Of a stretch of DNA of 64,000 nucleotides, positions 1-11,653 are shown piece by piece. Source of the DNA: Takakia lepidozioides. Its lineage: Eukaryota > Plantae > Bryophyta. Position 1 is the stretch's first letter. Every line of letters starts with the position of its first letter. The position numbers and the translations under genes were made by a program. Location of the stretch: NCBI GenBank assembly GCA_030704615.1, contig CM060731.1, positions 58,404,001 to 58,468,000 of the forward strand. Direction: 5' to 3'. The notes under the pieces are model-generated. The model searched no databases, had not been told where the DNA came from, and saw nothing but the letters and a program-made list of their open reading frames with translations.

Positions 1-780
1 AGGAATGGGGCCTCGCAGTTTGGGAGATCTCAACGATGACACAAAGCACAATAAACTATCTTTCTTCTATATTAGTATTAATCATTACATTTGTTTCAAG
101 AATTGTGGAGTAGCCTAGTGGTATGGAGATACTCGTGGTGTAGCTAGTCTCAAGTTCAAATTTGTGCAATGAAATATATGTATTTTCAAAGTTTTTGGAA
201 AACTCCAAATTGCATGGTGATTTGAACCTACGATTGATGTCGTGACAATGCTAATCCTTACCACTATGCTACCCTCTTAATCATTCTAACCCCTTGCTGT
301 AGACTTATATTTAAGGTATTGTTTACCCCCCTATGTATGTATAATGTTGTACATGGGGGGGTTAAAAATACCCCTCCTGTGCACGCATGTGGCTGGTACA
401 TGTTGGCTAGGGTGCACCCCCCAAGGATGGAGTATACAACTAGATACAGTACTTTTGTGTATATCCGTTATTAATGTTGCAAATCTAGATAATCTACCTT
501 ATTGTATCTAAGCTTGAACTATACTTGAGCCATATGAGGGCCACCTTACCATTGTATGAAAAAACTCTCGGAGGTTGAATGGTAGCTACCCACAAAAATA
601 GAAATAGAAAGAAGAGAGATTTGTGTGTTTGAGAGTTATTCAAGCGTCCACAATCAAAAGCTTATCTTCATGTAGCCCAAAGTTCTACAGATTAGAGACT
701 AAATTCTATCACCAAGGAATATTGGCTAGTGCATTCGAGGTAAATACATGTATTAGTGATCCTGAACTGATTTGGTCCAG

Positions 781-3093
781 GGATCCATGCAGAATATAAA
801 ATCTGTGGATATGCAAAGAAGATTGAGCGATATGACAATGAGTATCATCACTCGCATAGTGCTTGGGAAAAAATGGTTTGGAGTAGAGACGACTACTGAG
901 GAAGGTCAGGAGTTTAAGAGCCTACTTGTAGAACTTTTTAACCTCTCTGGTGCTTTCAACCTTGGTGACTACATTCCATTCCTAAAGCCTTTGGACCTGC
1001 AAGGCTATGAAGCCCGCATGAAAAAAGTTGCTGCAAGCATGGATCGCTTCTTTAGTATGATGATCCTAGATCATCGGAAAGAAGGAATAAACAATTCAAA
1101 TGCCCAAAAAGACCTTGTAGATGTATTGTTGTCTGTTGTTGGCGAGGAGGGTGCGGAGTATACGGTTGACGACTCTTCTATGAAAGGACTCATGATTGTA
1201 AGTATATTCATCTCCTCCACATGTACTCATATTTTTATTTTTTTTTATGTAAGACGTTGTCCATATGTTGGATTCTCTCTGGCTTCACTCTGTCTCTATT
1301 GTTTGGGCGTAGATTCCCTCTGGACAGACCAATTTTCTCTGTAACATTTAATACCGTTACTAGATTACAGCTTACTCTGTATTGCAATTTTCTCAAGATT
1401 GTTTAAAGGTTGGCCATTATCCATTTGGGCTCTTGATCGGAAACCTAGATCATCAAGAAAGTACACATGTAAGTCTCAAGCATATAATAACTTTGTAGAT
1501 ATGATGGATCACATAAGACCGACCAAATCAGCAAATTGGGACCCACCATTAGATGAAATCGAGGACATGCCAAACACTCGAAAGTGGCAACTAGAATTTA
1601 CTTACTTTAGCTCTAACCAGGTTTCAAAACCCTTTTAATCTGTCACTATCACAAATCACATATCATCTTTTCATGACTTTCTTGGATTTGAATTGTTTGT
1701 CACAATGGCGGAGCACCATGGATAGGGATAGAAAAATATAGGATAAAGACCGTGTGTGGATATCTTACACCTCTCCTTTGTTAGGACAGAAATCCATAAC
1801 CTAGCTTTTGACGCAATTTCCTATGTCTCAAAATTAATTGCGTTTGAGCAATCGAGCTAGTGACATGTATACAACTATCTTCACATATATTTACCTGGAA
1901 GAAAATTTGGATGCAAATTTTGATGAAAACCGCTTATAACTAGGTTATGTACAATATCCACCAAGACTACCTAGTGCTTGGCTATGGGATGTAGCCTCAT
2001 GGGTAATCATAATCCTTTGGTCACCAACCCATCCCACCAATTGGAAATGGAATCCACAACCCCAAATAGAGAACATCAAGCTCTAACCAGTAATCTACCT
2101 CATTCATCTTGATTTTTAGTGGATAATATTATTAAAACTGGATAATAGAGGATGTTTGAGCACTGTATGCCGCTTGTATGCCGTGCAGCCTTATGAGGAC
2201 AAGGTTGTACTAATTTGGAGGCCACAAGTGATATTGCTCTTTAGGCACCTTTAATCTTTTTCTTTTTCTTTGAGTACCTTCTATTCCGACCAAGCAAGGG
2301 TACAAAACATGTAATCCTTTATATCTGGAAGCCCTGACTGATGCTAGCAAAGCCACAAAGTCAATAGATCTTTACATGACTCAAAGAGCTCGTCAACTCT
2401 TAAATGCACACATAGACTGGTTAGAAATACTCGAGATGATTTATCTCATCGTGTTGATTCTTGATGCAGGATATTATTGCGGGGGCCACTGACACATCGG
2501 CAACAACTATAGAATGGGCGCTCACACATCTCTTGCGACATCCCAATGCAATGAAGAAAGTTCAAGAAGAATTGGATGATGTGATTGGGTGTGATAGGTT
2601 GGTGGATGAAGCCGACATTCCTCGGCTCCCTTATCTTCAGGCAGTTGTGAAGGAGACCCTACGCATCAGCCCTCCAGCTCCTTTCCTGCCGCATGAGAGC
2701 ATTAAAGCTTGCCAAATAGCAGGCTACCATATTCCTGCAAAGACACTGACAATGGTAAATGTATGGGCTATTCATCACAACCCATCTGTTTGGCAGAAGC
2801 CTCATGAATTCATTCCAGAGAGATTTGACAACAGTAATATGGATTTGAAAGGCCACGATTTTGAGCTCTTGCCATTTGGATCAGGGCGACGAGGTTGCCC
2901 AGGCTTGCATTTAGGTTTGATTATGGTTCAAAGCAGTCTGGCTCAACTACTCCAAAGCTTTACATTCGCGCTTCCAAACGGCCAGCATCCCCAAGACTTG
3001 GACATGAGCGAAGTCTTTGGGATCACGACTCGCAGAGTTGTTCCATTGCAAGTTGTCGTGAAAGCTCGCTTGCCTCATCACTTGTATACTTAA
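781..3093 (+). CDS. Cytochrome P450, CYP71 clan (A-type), 3' exons: 781-1197 and 2470-3093; N-terminal exon(s) not in the window or lost
   Basis: First exon encodes FNLGDYIPFLKPLDLQG and DLVDVLL, then GTAAGT donor at 1198 and TGCAG acceptor ending 2469 (phase-0 intron just before the I-helix, the conserved A-type position). Last exon has DIIAGATDTS, KETLR, FIPERF and heme motif PFGSGRRGCPG. The 5' boundary 781 assumes the CAG at 778-780 is an acceptor. Confidence 0.9.
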
Positions 3094-3099
3094 TTACTT

Positions 3100-3276
3100 A
3101 ACAACCAACATATAGCCCAGTGGTAAGGGCATATACACTCTTACGAGTGGTTGTGGGTTCAAGCCACCCTGTTGGTTGTTACAAAGGTGTCCACCTTCCT
3201 ACCGCAAGGCAGTAGCCTTTCTGGCTCAAGTGACACCATAAGTTACGCTTGCTTCGGCAATGCGTCCACCTTCCTT
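3100..3276 (+). mobile_element. tRNA-derived SINE inserted at the P450 stop codon
   Basis: 11-bp TSD CTTAATTACTT (3089-3099 and 3277-3287). A-box TAGCCCAGTGG and B-box GGTTCAAGCC. Absent from the paralogous site near 63204-63214. Confidence 0.8.
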
Positions 3277-3489
3277 CTTAATTACTTCGTATTCCCACAT
3301 ATGGTTTATATCTTTTTGATATCTATTAATAGCTTATTTGACTAGAGCTACTAATAGCTGATGTGGAGCATTCACAACTATTGATGAAGAGTTGTCTCTT
3401 CACATGTATCAAGTTCTTTTACAAACTTTAACTGCATCTACAAACTTTAAGATTCCATTCAATGAACTGGTGAAATCATGTGCATGCAT

Positions 3490-3900
3490 ATTATGCGATC
3501 GTCACACTCCTCCACACCACATTTCGTTGAGTCATATTGTCCAACACTCCCTTTGCATCTTCAATCTCTAGAATTGGGTGTCCACCAGGGGCCTGAATAT
3601 TCATAATGACATATGGTACAGGTCCAGCTTTGATGACTAGCTGGTCACCTGCATTGACTCGTTGCCTTTTTCCAAGTCTTCTAGGCTCGCACACGCATTG
3701 CAAACGCTAACAAATGTAGGGCATTTGGGCTTCACCCATCCTTGCATGATTTGCTCATATGTCTCCAAAGCATTCCTACCACGCCCATGCTTTGTAAATC
3801 CTGCCATCATTATATTCCTTGTGATCAAACATCGTTGAGGCATTATGTCGAACGTTTGGTGAGTATCCACGATGCTCTCGCATTTGACATACATGTACAA
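3490..3900 (-). pseudogene. Degraded PLS-class PPR gene fragment
   Basis: Frameshifted motifs MMAGFTKHGRGRNALETYEQIMQGWVKPKCPTFVSVCNACASLEDLEKG and IEDAKGVLDNMTQRNVVW. Confidence 0.75.
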
Positions 3901-5424
3901 GTGTTGTGTAGAAAAACGTTCAAGGCTTGAATCCACTTCAAATGGATAGTGTGAGCGTTTTAGGCCTTTCATCTTGATGTACTGATGCAAGAGACAGACA
4001 TATGTATCTAAATATTATGAGACACATCATTGGTTCAACATTTGCAGAGCCTCTGTGAGTTGTCATGGACCTTATATACTATCCTTATATGCCCAAAAGC
4101 GCTAGAAGAGAACTTCCCTCTCTTGGTCATGTCTCCAAATTGGTGGTCGTGGTACTGGAGGTGCCTGATTTCATCAATTGTGCTACCACTGCTGCTTCCA
4201 ACTACCCATGCAGGATTCTTGTAGCCATCAATCCACATGGCCTCATTGGTACTCAAGATTGTGCTTGAGAACCGGCCCTCTTAGATGAATCTGGGTTGAC
4301 ACTCCATGCATGTCACCTTCAGCTATCCCTGCCTCGGCACCAAAACCAAACAGGTCCTATCCATTGCTACTACATTTTTGGCTGCAAAGTCTTGTGAAGT
4401 GGACTAGGGATAAATTTTGCGTGCACCTGTGTGCTTAAGATAGACCTGCTAGCCATGAAAGTAGCATTAGACATTACGAAACATGCCAAATCATTTTTTC
4501 TTGCCTAGACGTCGATATTTGCCATTATTTTTTAACGTCTTGACATTTGAATGCGAAGGGCAGCCGCTCGCTACCCTCGAAAATACCATTGAAGGCTTCA
4601 ATTCTCAAGCCATCACCTCAAAGCCCGACTGCCTTTCTGTAGCTGTGGAAGGAGCTGAGTTTTAGAAGACAGCTCCACTGACCCGCTCAATGCTGTTTTC
4701 AAGATATATGCATATAGCTTGACCTTCTCCTTGCAAGGCCAACCATATTACAAAACACAATACACTTCCGATGTTTTCTTCCATAACTCCACTCCCATCA
4801 ATATGACTGCATTGATGGCTTATCAAACAGTTTTAACTTGAGAGAGATTGAATCATTTAGCAGAGTGCATTAGTGCGAAGAAATGAAGGTGTTGGCTCCT
4901 TGCATCCAATCAGATGGAGAAGCGGAAACATATCATGAAACCACTTGAGGATGTAGTACACATGATAAGCATCTGGAAAATAGAGGAGGTTCTGAAGTAG
5001 AGGCTAACAGTCCAATGATTCTTCTCTTTATGAAGACAAAAATAATTCTCTTCTGAGGCTTGTAATGTCTTCTCATACATTGATTTGTTGATCCAGTTGT
5101 CCAATGCTGCTTGATGGTCATGGTGGTTAGATAATCAACACTAAAAATGCTTACAAAAATGTCATAAAAAAGTCTTGAATATGAAGTATGCTTACTGGTT
5201 ACTATCACTAAAGATCAGTGGCATCTGGAGTCCGAGGTCCTTCGATGCTGCCAGCCAACAACCTAATCACGTCAGCGTGGGTATGCACTGCCTCACTCTG
5301 TGCATTGTATTCTATCCAATGGCAACAATCAAATTCACTTCATCATACAGTTCAATCCATATTGCGGAATCAACATTTAAATGAATCTAAACCTCCGTAG
5401 CACTTCATCCATAGCAGGTCTGAA

Positions 5425-6165
5425 GGGTCATTTGGCACCAGCATAGCTACGGCGTGAGCCCAGCCCCATGAGCCTGGGAGCTGAGCTCACGCTTTAGCCA
5501 CGAAGCGTGAGGTATATATATGGCCACCACCCGAAAAAGGGCAATAGCCACAAGTAAACTGGCTCTTAGTTATGTTGGCTATGGCCTGAGACTTCTCTGG
5601 TCTACTAATAAGTCTAGAGAGTATTGCACTCCAATGAAGAATTTGAGGGAGGAAGAACAAATTATAGACCTATATGCACACATTAATATGATAATAACAA
5701 TTATTTTGAGTTTGATTTTAAAGTTGAGAACTGGTTTTGTGTATTCTTATCAAATGGTACGTTTCACATATATAAGTCTTGTAGGAATCCCAAAGTGACA
5801 AAATCATACGTATTGAAACACAAATGAAAATATTTCAATCCATTCCATGAAAATTGTACATGTTGATATTTGTACAATCATGGTAAGAGATACTTAAAGT
5901 TGGGTCCCTACGAGTCAGAGGAAAAACAAAACAAAAAAAATCGTCAACGATTGTGCTTTTGCCCCTGTCAGGATGATTGCCCTGAACACTGCTTTAATTT
6001 CCAATTACCCGCGAATAGGATCTCTTGGCCATGTCCACGAGTATATGCTCTATTTCCTTACAACAACACCATGCGCTCACTCTTAGTGGGTGAAACGTGA
6101 GCCCAGCTCATAGGCTCACAGGGCTTGGCTCACGCCGTAGATACACTATTGCTATACCAAATGAA
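5425..6165. mobile_element. MITE with long imperfect terminal inverted repeats
   Basis: CTACGGCGTGAGCCCAGCCCCATGAGCC... (from 5447) is the reverse complement, with about 6 mismatches in 45 bp, of ...GGGCTTGGCTCACGCCGTAG (ending 6140). Similarity extends outward to TCATTTGG/CCAAATGA. AT-rich noncoding interior; TSD not resolved. Confidence 0.65.
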
Positions 6166-7424
6166 GGGATCATGTAGGGGAATTAGATTGCCCTATCTCT
6201 CACTGCCATGCGCTGGCTTGACATGATCTTTTACTTACGGTTCCAATATATGATGGTGATCTCATATGAGTAAACAAATTTTTCTCGTCTGCTTAATATG
6301 TTGTAGAGAGAGAAGACTCTGGCTGAAGTCGGCGTAGAGCCACTTTGCCTCACGGCTACTGGCCCCTTTCGGGGTGGGCCCTTAACATGTTGTATTAAGA
6401 AAGCTATTCGTTTTGTGGTTGTTTTGAAATATTTAAATTTGACTTTGTCACTTTTGCGAGTTGTTCCTTTGCGCGGACCTCTGTCTTTGTTGTGCATTGC
6501 ATGTCCTTCTAAGCGTGCACCCCCTCCAAATATGAGTTCACCCTTTGAGAGAAAAAAAAATCCCATCTATGCTAGAAATTGAACAATCTCATCATAACCA
6601 AAGAGGGTCTATCATTTGTCATATTTACACTATGGATCTAGCCTAAGCTGTACTATATATTTATACCGATCCTTAAAGCGAAATGAAGACTCCTTCCAAA
6701 TCTGGCATAATTTACGTTGTCACTTCACCCCAATGAGGGCTTCTATGAGGGCCTTCGTGATGAAGTCTTAGTATAATGTGCAGTGTTCTTTGTAATGTCC
6801 GCAAAAATAGGGTATCTATCCAACCACAATCCTTGGATGTAAAACTCTCAAAGGCTTGGGCAAGCGTAAATGTAACATCATGTCATCATTTTCTAGTAAT
6901 GGTTGCATAATATTTTTTAAACATAATGTTATGTAATTAGACTTGTAGTCATGGAGCCATAATTATGTGACTAGCCTTTGTTGTGCACTCATTATAGCTT
7001 TTTTGAAATTCTCATTCAGTCGTATCATAATACCTCAATCCAATTGGATATGTGATGCATTTCTCTATCATGTTTGATGTTTCCCAATTTGCCATATATG
7101 CTAAATAATTGTCATTGTTTTTTCATCTGCAAATAAAAATTAATTCAAGGATTTATACAATTCTGATAATACACATGAAAGAGGTGAGAAACCCTCTACT
7201 AAGTCCTCCAGGTAAGCTATTCATCAAGCTTAGTAAACAAACCTGATTATTGAATATAATGGTATGCTCTAAAATTCAAAATGTATCATGTTGAACCATC
7301 TGGCACAAGTCCCTCCTAGAGAATACTATTCTTTTCTTTGCATTCTTCAGGGGAAGCATCATCTTCTCTCCATGATTTGATGATGGGTCGAAGAGAGAGA
7401 GATGACGTCAACCAAAGTTAGCAA

Positions 7425-8970
7425 TTATAAGAGCCTCTTGCCCTTCATGGGTCGAACAATTTTCAGGTTTGACACATTGCAAGCTTCACGAGGATCATTC
7501 ACTTTGCATTCAATGGGAATATTAGCCGTCGAACAAGTCTCGTTTGGGAGTTGCAAGCACCTCCCCTATTAGCATTGACAAACGTCTCTTGCCCTTGATG
7601 GGTCGAACAATTTTCAAATTTGACGCATTGCAAGCTTCACGAGGATCATTCGCTTTGCATTCAATGGGAATATTAGCCATATTTGTGTCGACCAAGTTTT
7701 GTGTGGGAGCTGCAAGCACCTCATCTGTTGGAGTCGATAAGAGCCTCTTGCCCTTGATGGGTCGAACAATTTTCAAATTTGACGCATTGCAAGCTTCACG
7801 AGGATCATTCGCTTTGCATTCAATGGGAATAACCGTATTTGTGTTGAACAAGTTTTGTCTGGGAGCTACAAGCACCTTGTCTGTTGGAATCGATAAGAGC
7901 CTCTTGCCCTTGATGGGTCGAACAATTTTCAAATTTGACGCATTGCAAGCTTCATGAGGATCATTCGCTTTGCATTTAATGGGAATATTAGCCGTATTTG
8001 TGTCGAACAAGTTTTGTCTGGGAGCTATAAGCACCTCGGCTGTTGGAGTCGATAAGAGCCTCTTGCCCTTGATGGGTCGAACAATTTTCAAATTTGACGC
8101 ATTGCAAGCTTCATGAGGATCATTCGCTTTGCATTTAATGGGAATATTAGCCGTATTTGTGTCGAACAAGTTTTGTCTGGGAGCTATAAGCACCTCGGCT
8201 GTTGGAGTCGATAAGAGCCTCTTGCCCTTGATGGGTCGAACAATTTTCAAATTTGACACATTGCAAGCTTCACGAGGATCATTCACTTTGCATTCAATGG
8301 GAATATTAGCTATATTTGTGTCGAACAAGTTTTGTGTGCCGGGAGCTGCAAGCACCTCGTCTGTTGGAGTTGATAAGAGCCTCTTGCCCTTGATGGGTCG
8401 AACAATTTTCAAATTTGACGCATTGCAAGCTTCACGAGGATCATTCGCTTTGCATTCAATGGGAAAATTAGCCGTATTTGTGTCGAACAAGTTTTGTTTA
8501 GTAGCTGCAAGCACCTCGTCTGTTGGAGTTGATAAGAGCCTCTTGCCCTTGATGGGTCGAACAATTTTCAAATTTGACGCATTGCAAGCTTCACGAGGAT
8601 CATCCGCTTTGCATTCAATGGGAATAACCGTATTTGTGTCGAACAAGTTTTGTGTGGGAGCTGCAAACACCTCGTCTGCTGGAGTTGATAAGAGCCTCTT
8701 GCCCTTGATGGGTCGAACAATTTTCAAATTTGACGCATTGCAAGCTTCACGAGGATCATCTGCTTTGCATTCAATGGGAATAACCGTATTTGTGTCGAAC
8801 AAGTTTTGTGTGGGAGCTGCAAACACCTCGTCTGCTGGAGTTGATAAGAGACTCTTGCCCTTGATGGGTCGAACAATTTTCACATTTGATGCAATGCAAG
8901 CTTCATGATGATCATTCGCTTTGCATTCAATGGGAATAACCATATTTGTGTCGAACAAGTCTCGTATAGG
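7425..8970 (-). repeat. Coding minisatellite, 10 units of 156-162 bp
   Basis: Recurring GATGGGTCGAACAATTTTCAAATTTGACGCATTGCAAGCTTCA on the + strand. The tenth unit (7425-7535) is out of frame after an 8-bp deletion. Confidence 0.95.
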
Positions 8971-9126
8971 ATCAGTTGCAATCACCTCGTTTGTCTCGGG
9001 TTTGGAGAAACCCCTAAGACCCCGTGTAGTTGGGACATTTGAAGCTGTCACGGTACAATCGATGTTGAGTGCAATGACAATAGCTGCCACGACTAGTACC
9101 CACATAGCTCCATTGAGGCGCTCCAT
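7522..9126 (-). CDS. Secreted tandem-repeat protein, candidate multi-core Cys-loop peptide precursor (534 aa from ATG 9126)
   Basis: Hydrophobic signal-like N-terminus MERLNGAMWVLVVAAIVIALNIDCTVTA, then 9 in-frame units of consensus NLFDTNT(A)xIPIECKANDPREACNASNLKIVRPIKGKRLLSTPTDEVLAAPTQ. Indels between units are multiples of 3. Confidence 0.8.
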   Translation of the reverse strand: MERLNGAMWVLVVAAIVIALNIDCTVTASNVPTTRGLRGFSKPETNEVIATDPIRDLFDTNMVIPIECKANDHHEACIASNVKIVRPIKGKSLLSTPADEVFAAPTQNLFDTNTVIPIECKADDPREACNASNLKIVRPIKGKRLLSTPADEVFAAPTQNLFDTNTVIPIECKADDPREACNASNLKIVRPIKGKRLLSTPTDEVLAATKQNLFDTNTANFPIECKANDPREACNASNLKIVRPIKGKRLLSTPTDEVLAAPGTQNLFDTNIANIPIECKVNDPREACNVSNLKIVRPIKGKRLLSTPTAEVLIAPRQNLFDTNTANIPIKCKANDPHEACNASNLKIVRPIKGKRLLSTPTAEVLIAPRQNLFDTNTANIPIKCKANDPHEACNASNLKIVRPIKGKRLLSIPTDKVLVAPRQNLFNTNTVIPIECKANDPREACNASNLKIVRPIKGKRLLSTPTDEVLAAPTQNLVDTNMANIPIECKANDPREACNASNLKIVRPIKGKRRLSMLIGEVLATPKRDLFDG

Positions 9127-9235
9127 GCCTTTGAGGCAGAAGCTTAAGTGAATGACGTCTTTTATGTTTCTCAAGTGAAATAAATGAAGAGAGCGAAAAG
9201 ACACAGATAATACATGGGAGGGGGAAACACGAGAT

Positions 9236-9242
9236 ATTTATA
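9236..9242 (-). promoter_or_regulatory. Putative TATA box of the repeat-protein gene
   Basis: TATAAAT on the minus strand ~110 bp upstream of the ATG at 9126. Confidence 0.45.
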
Positions 9243-9822
9243 CAATCTATCTATATTTTATAATTAATAAAATACTAGTATAATGTGATGTACTATGCTT
9301 ATTAATACATATTTTTTTGTCTTTTTGTTTTTTTTGAATAAGAAACTAAGAAAGAAAAGTTTGACCAGCACAAACTTTTCATTAGATTTTTTTGGTTTTC
9401 CTAATATGTTCTAAAATTGACAACCAACTTTACGTATCTACTACGATGATTGTAAGAAAATCAACGAGTGTACAATTTTCATCTAATGGATTGAAATGTT
9501 TTCATTGGTGTTTCAGTACGTATGATTTTGTTAGTAGGCCGGTGTCGAGTAGTATTTATGCACGTAGGTGGACTGGGCATGGTTTCATGGTGTAGTAGGG
9601 CAAAGACACAGAAATAGCCATGGCAGGGTGGCATGGTCTAGGGTCGCCTTCCATAAATAGACCAAACCAAACTAAGTCTATGTGCTGGAAATTGTTTTGT
9701 GCATGGATGTTGGTAGGTGATGAGCGGGTGAGTAGGTGAGTGGTGGAGCCCTCTTGAATGAATCTGGACCCTACCTACCACACACTAGTTCCTATGCTGA
9801 ATTGCTCGGACCAAGACTTTAA

Positions 9823-10659
9823 CCCCTAATGGACGAGGCGACCCGTTTTGGGTCGCGTCAGGGTCGCATCAAAAATCATCCACGATGGCAAATCGTTGGA
9901 TGACCTTGGATGAAAAAACTTTCTGAACGAAAGTTGTGCACCTTGATGTCATGCACCTACTCGTCTTTATGACACCCTAAAATAATGAAAGTCCTGTCGT
10001 CAATAATTTTTTTTAGTGTGCAGGGGTGCCCAAAATTGGTCGTCCAGCAGCTTTGACTTAGTGACGTGGCAGGCTGAAGGGGTGACAACAAGGCAAAAGT
10101 ACAAATGGAAACAAATGCAAATCTCTGCCTGAATTTTTGTTAGAATTCTGAATTTCTTTTTGGAGGTAGTAGTTCATCATTCAAGGAACACTTTCACCGC
10201 AACAATTGTGATTCCAAGGAAATTTCGACCCCCTAAGCCTGAATTACATGTCATTTGAGCTTCATGGTGTGTTTTGACCCCCTATTTTTTCCATACAAAG
10301 CAACCTTATCAAGATTTTGGAATTCTGCTTTGAAATTTTGGGGCAACATGCTTTAGGTGCCACATAATTGGAATCTGGATGGGGTCTTGCGAGGAAAAAA
10401 TATTTTGTCGATCCAATTTCCTGGTCAAACCATTTTTCCACTCTAAATTTGGAGTGTACCCCAAATTTGGGGCTTGACGGATGAGGGTATATCTCTCAGG
10501 AAACTAACATCCACAGTGATGAACCGTATGAATGGGAGGCTACCTACTTCATCCAACTTCTGTGAAAATTTCAGCTCATTCCACCGTGTCGTTTCGAAGA
10601 TTATAAGAAATGTCCTGTTTTGGAGGGGGCCCACTAAGAACTGCCTCGTCCATTAGGGG
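9823..10659. mobile_element. Non-autonomous piggyBac-type DNA transposon (837 bp)
   Basis: TTAA (9819-9822), then CCCCTAATGGACGAGGC ... GCCTCGTCCATTAGGGG, then TTAA (10660-10663): perfect 17-bp TIRs with CCC/GGG ends and TTAA TSD. No transposase ORF. Confidence 0.8.
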
Positions 10660-10848
10660 TTAACAATGTGCCATTTTGTTGAACACTCCATTTGCAGTCT
10701 GGATGCTCCCACATGTGGCATCAATTTCAGAATTTAAAGTAAGAGTTTTAAGTAAATAAAATATTAATTTAAAAATGAAAACCCATTAAGAACGGTTGAA
10801 ACATTTTCTTTTTCGTAGTTCTTCTTCTTTTATCGAATTCCAGTCTTG

Positions 10849-11618
10849 TTTTTTTTTTTTTTTAAAGAACACTGGGATTGTAGCCCTATAAATTTATTAA
10901 AAATGTAAGGAAAAAATAACCTTACATAGTCTTTCTTGCTTTTATATTTAGCGTAGATGACCATAGAGTCCATTAGTCATCATAAGACTATACAGTCCAG
11001 TCGCCATTAGACCATAGAGTCCATTAGTCAACCTATTTTAATTGTTTTTTCAAATCACAAATCAGGCCCCTTAATTATAGTGAGAGGAGAAAATAACTTC
11101 TTTCATAGCAACCTCGCCTTGAAGGCTTGCCAATGGAACACCGCCAAAGAGAAAAGGGAGAAGAACATACCACACCCAACGATGTCGCATGATTTGACCC
11201 CAGAAACATCTGGCTAGCACTCAGTGCACTTGTCGTGCACCTAAGCATCGTGCCACAACATACATCGCTGTCCACCACACATTCTACGTACACAATCCTA
11301 GAAAGCTATGCCACAAAAGTGGACGACAAAGATAACGAAAGTGGACATAATGGAAACACTCCACTCATGAATCCACTCAATCACATAAACTAAGTCAAGC
11401 CAAGGGCACCCTTGCTAAGGGAATCCACCCTACAAAGCCCTCACCACACTCCCTCTCAATACCTAGAGCTATGGAGGTGAGAGAGGCTCATGAAGGCTCA
11501 ACTACAAGAAGATGAGCCTCCTCTATCCTCACAAGGTGAAAACCTATCCCCATGTCCCAAGTGAGGCTCAACACCTCACTTGGCATGTGAGACCAAATGA
11601 AGTCCCAACACACAAAAT

Positions 11619-11653
<35 letters not shown>

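Noticed and set aside
105-275. Two inverted tRNA-like segments with A/B-box-like motifs
   Set aside because: No cloverleaf or TSD could be established; probably decayed SINE or MITE sequence rather than tRNA genes.
7425-8970. CRISPR-like regular repeat pattern
   Set aside because: Whole 156-162 bp units repeat with no unique spacers; the array is coding and eukaryotic, with no cas genes.
7544-9151. Plus-strand repetitive ORFs (7544-7957, 8129-8908, 8921-9151)
   Set aside because: Antisense shadows of the repeat gene, broken by stops and lacking a signal peptide; the minus frame is continuous.
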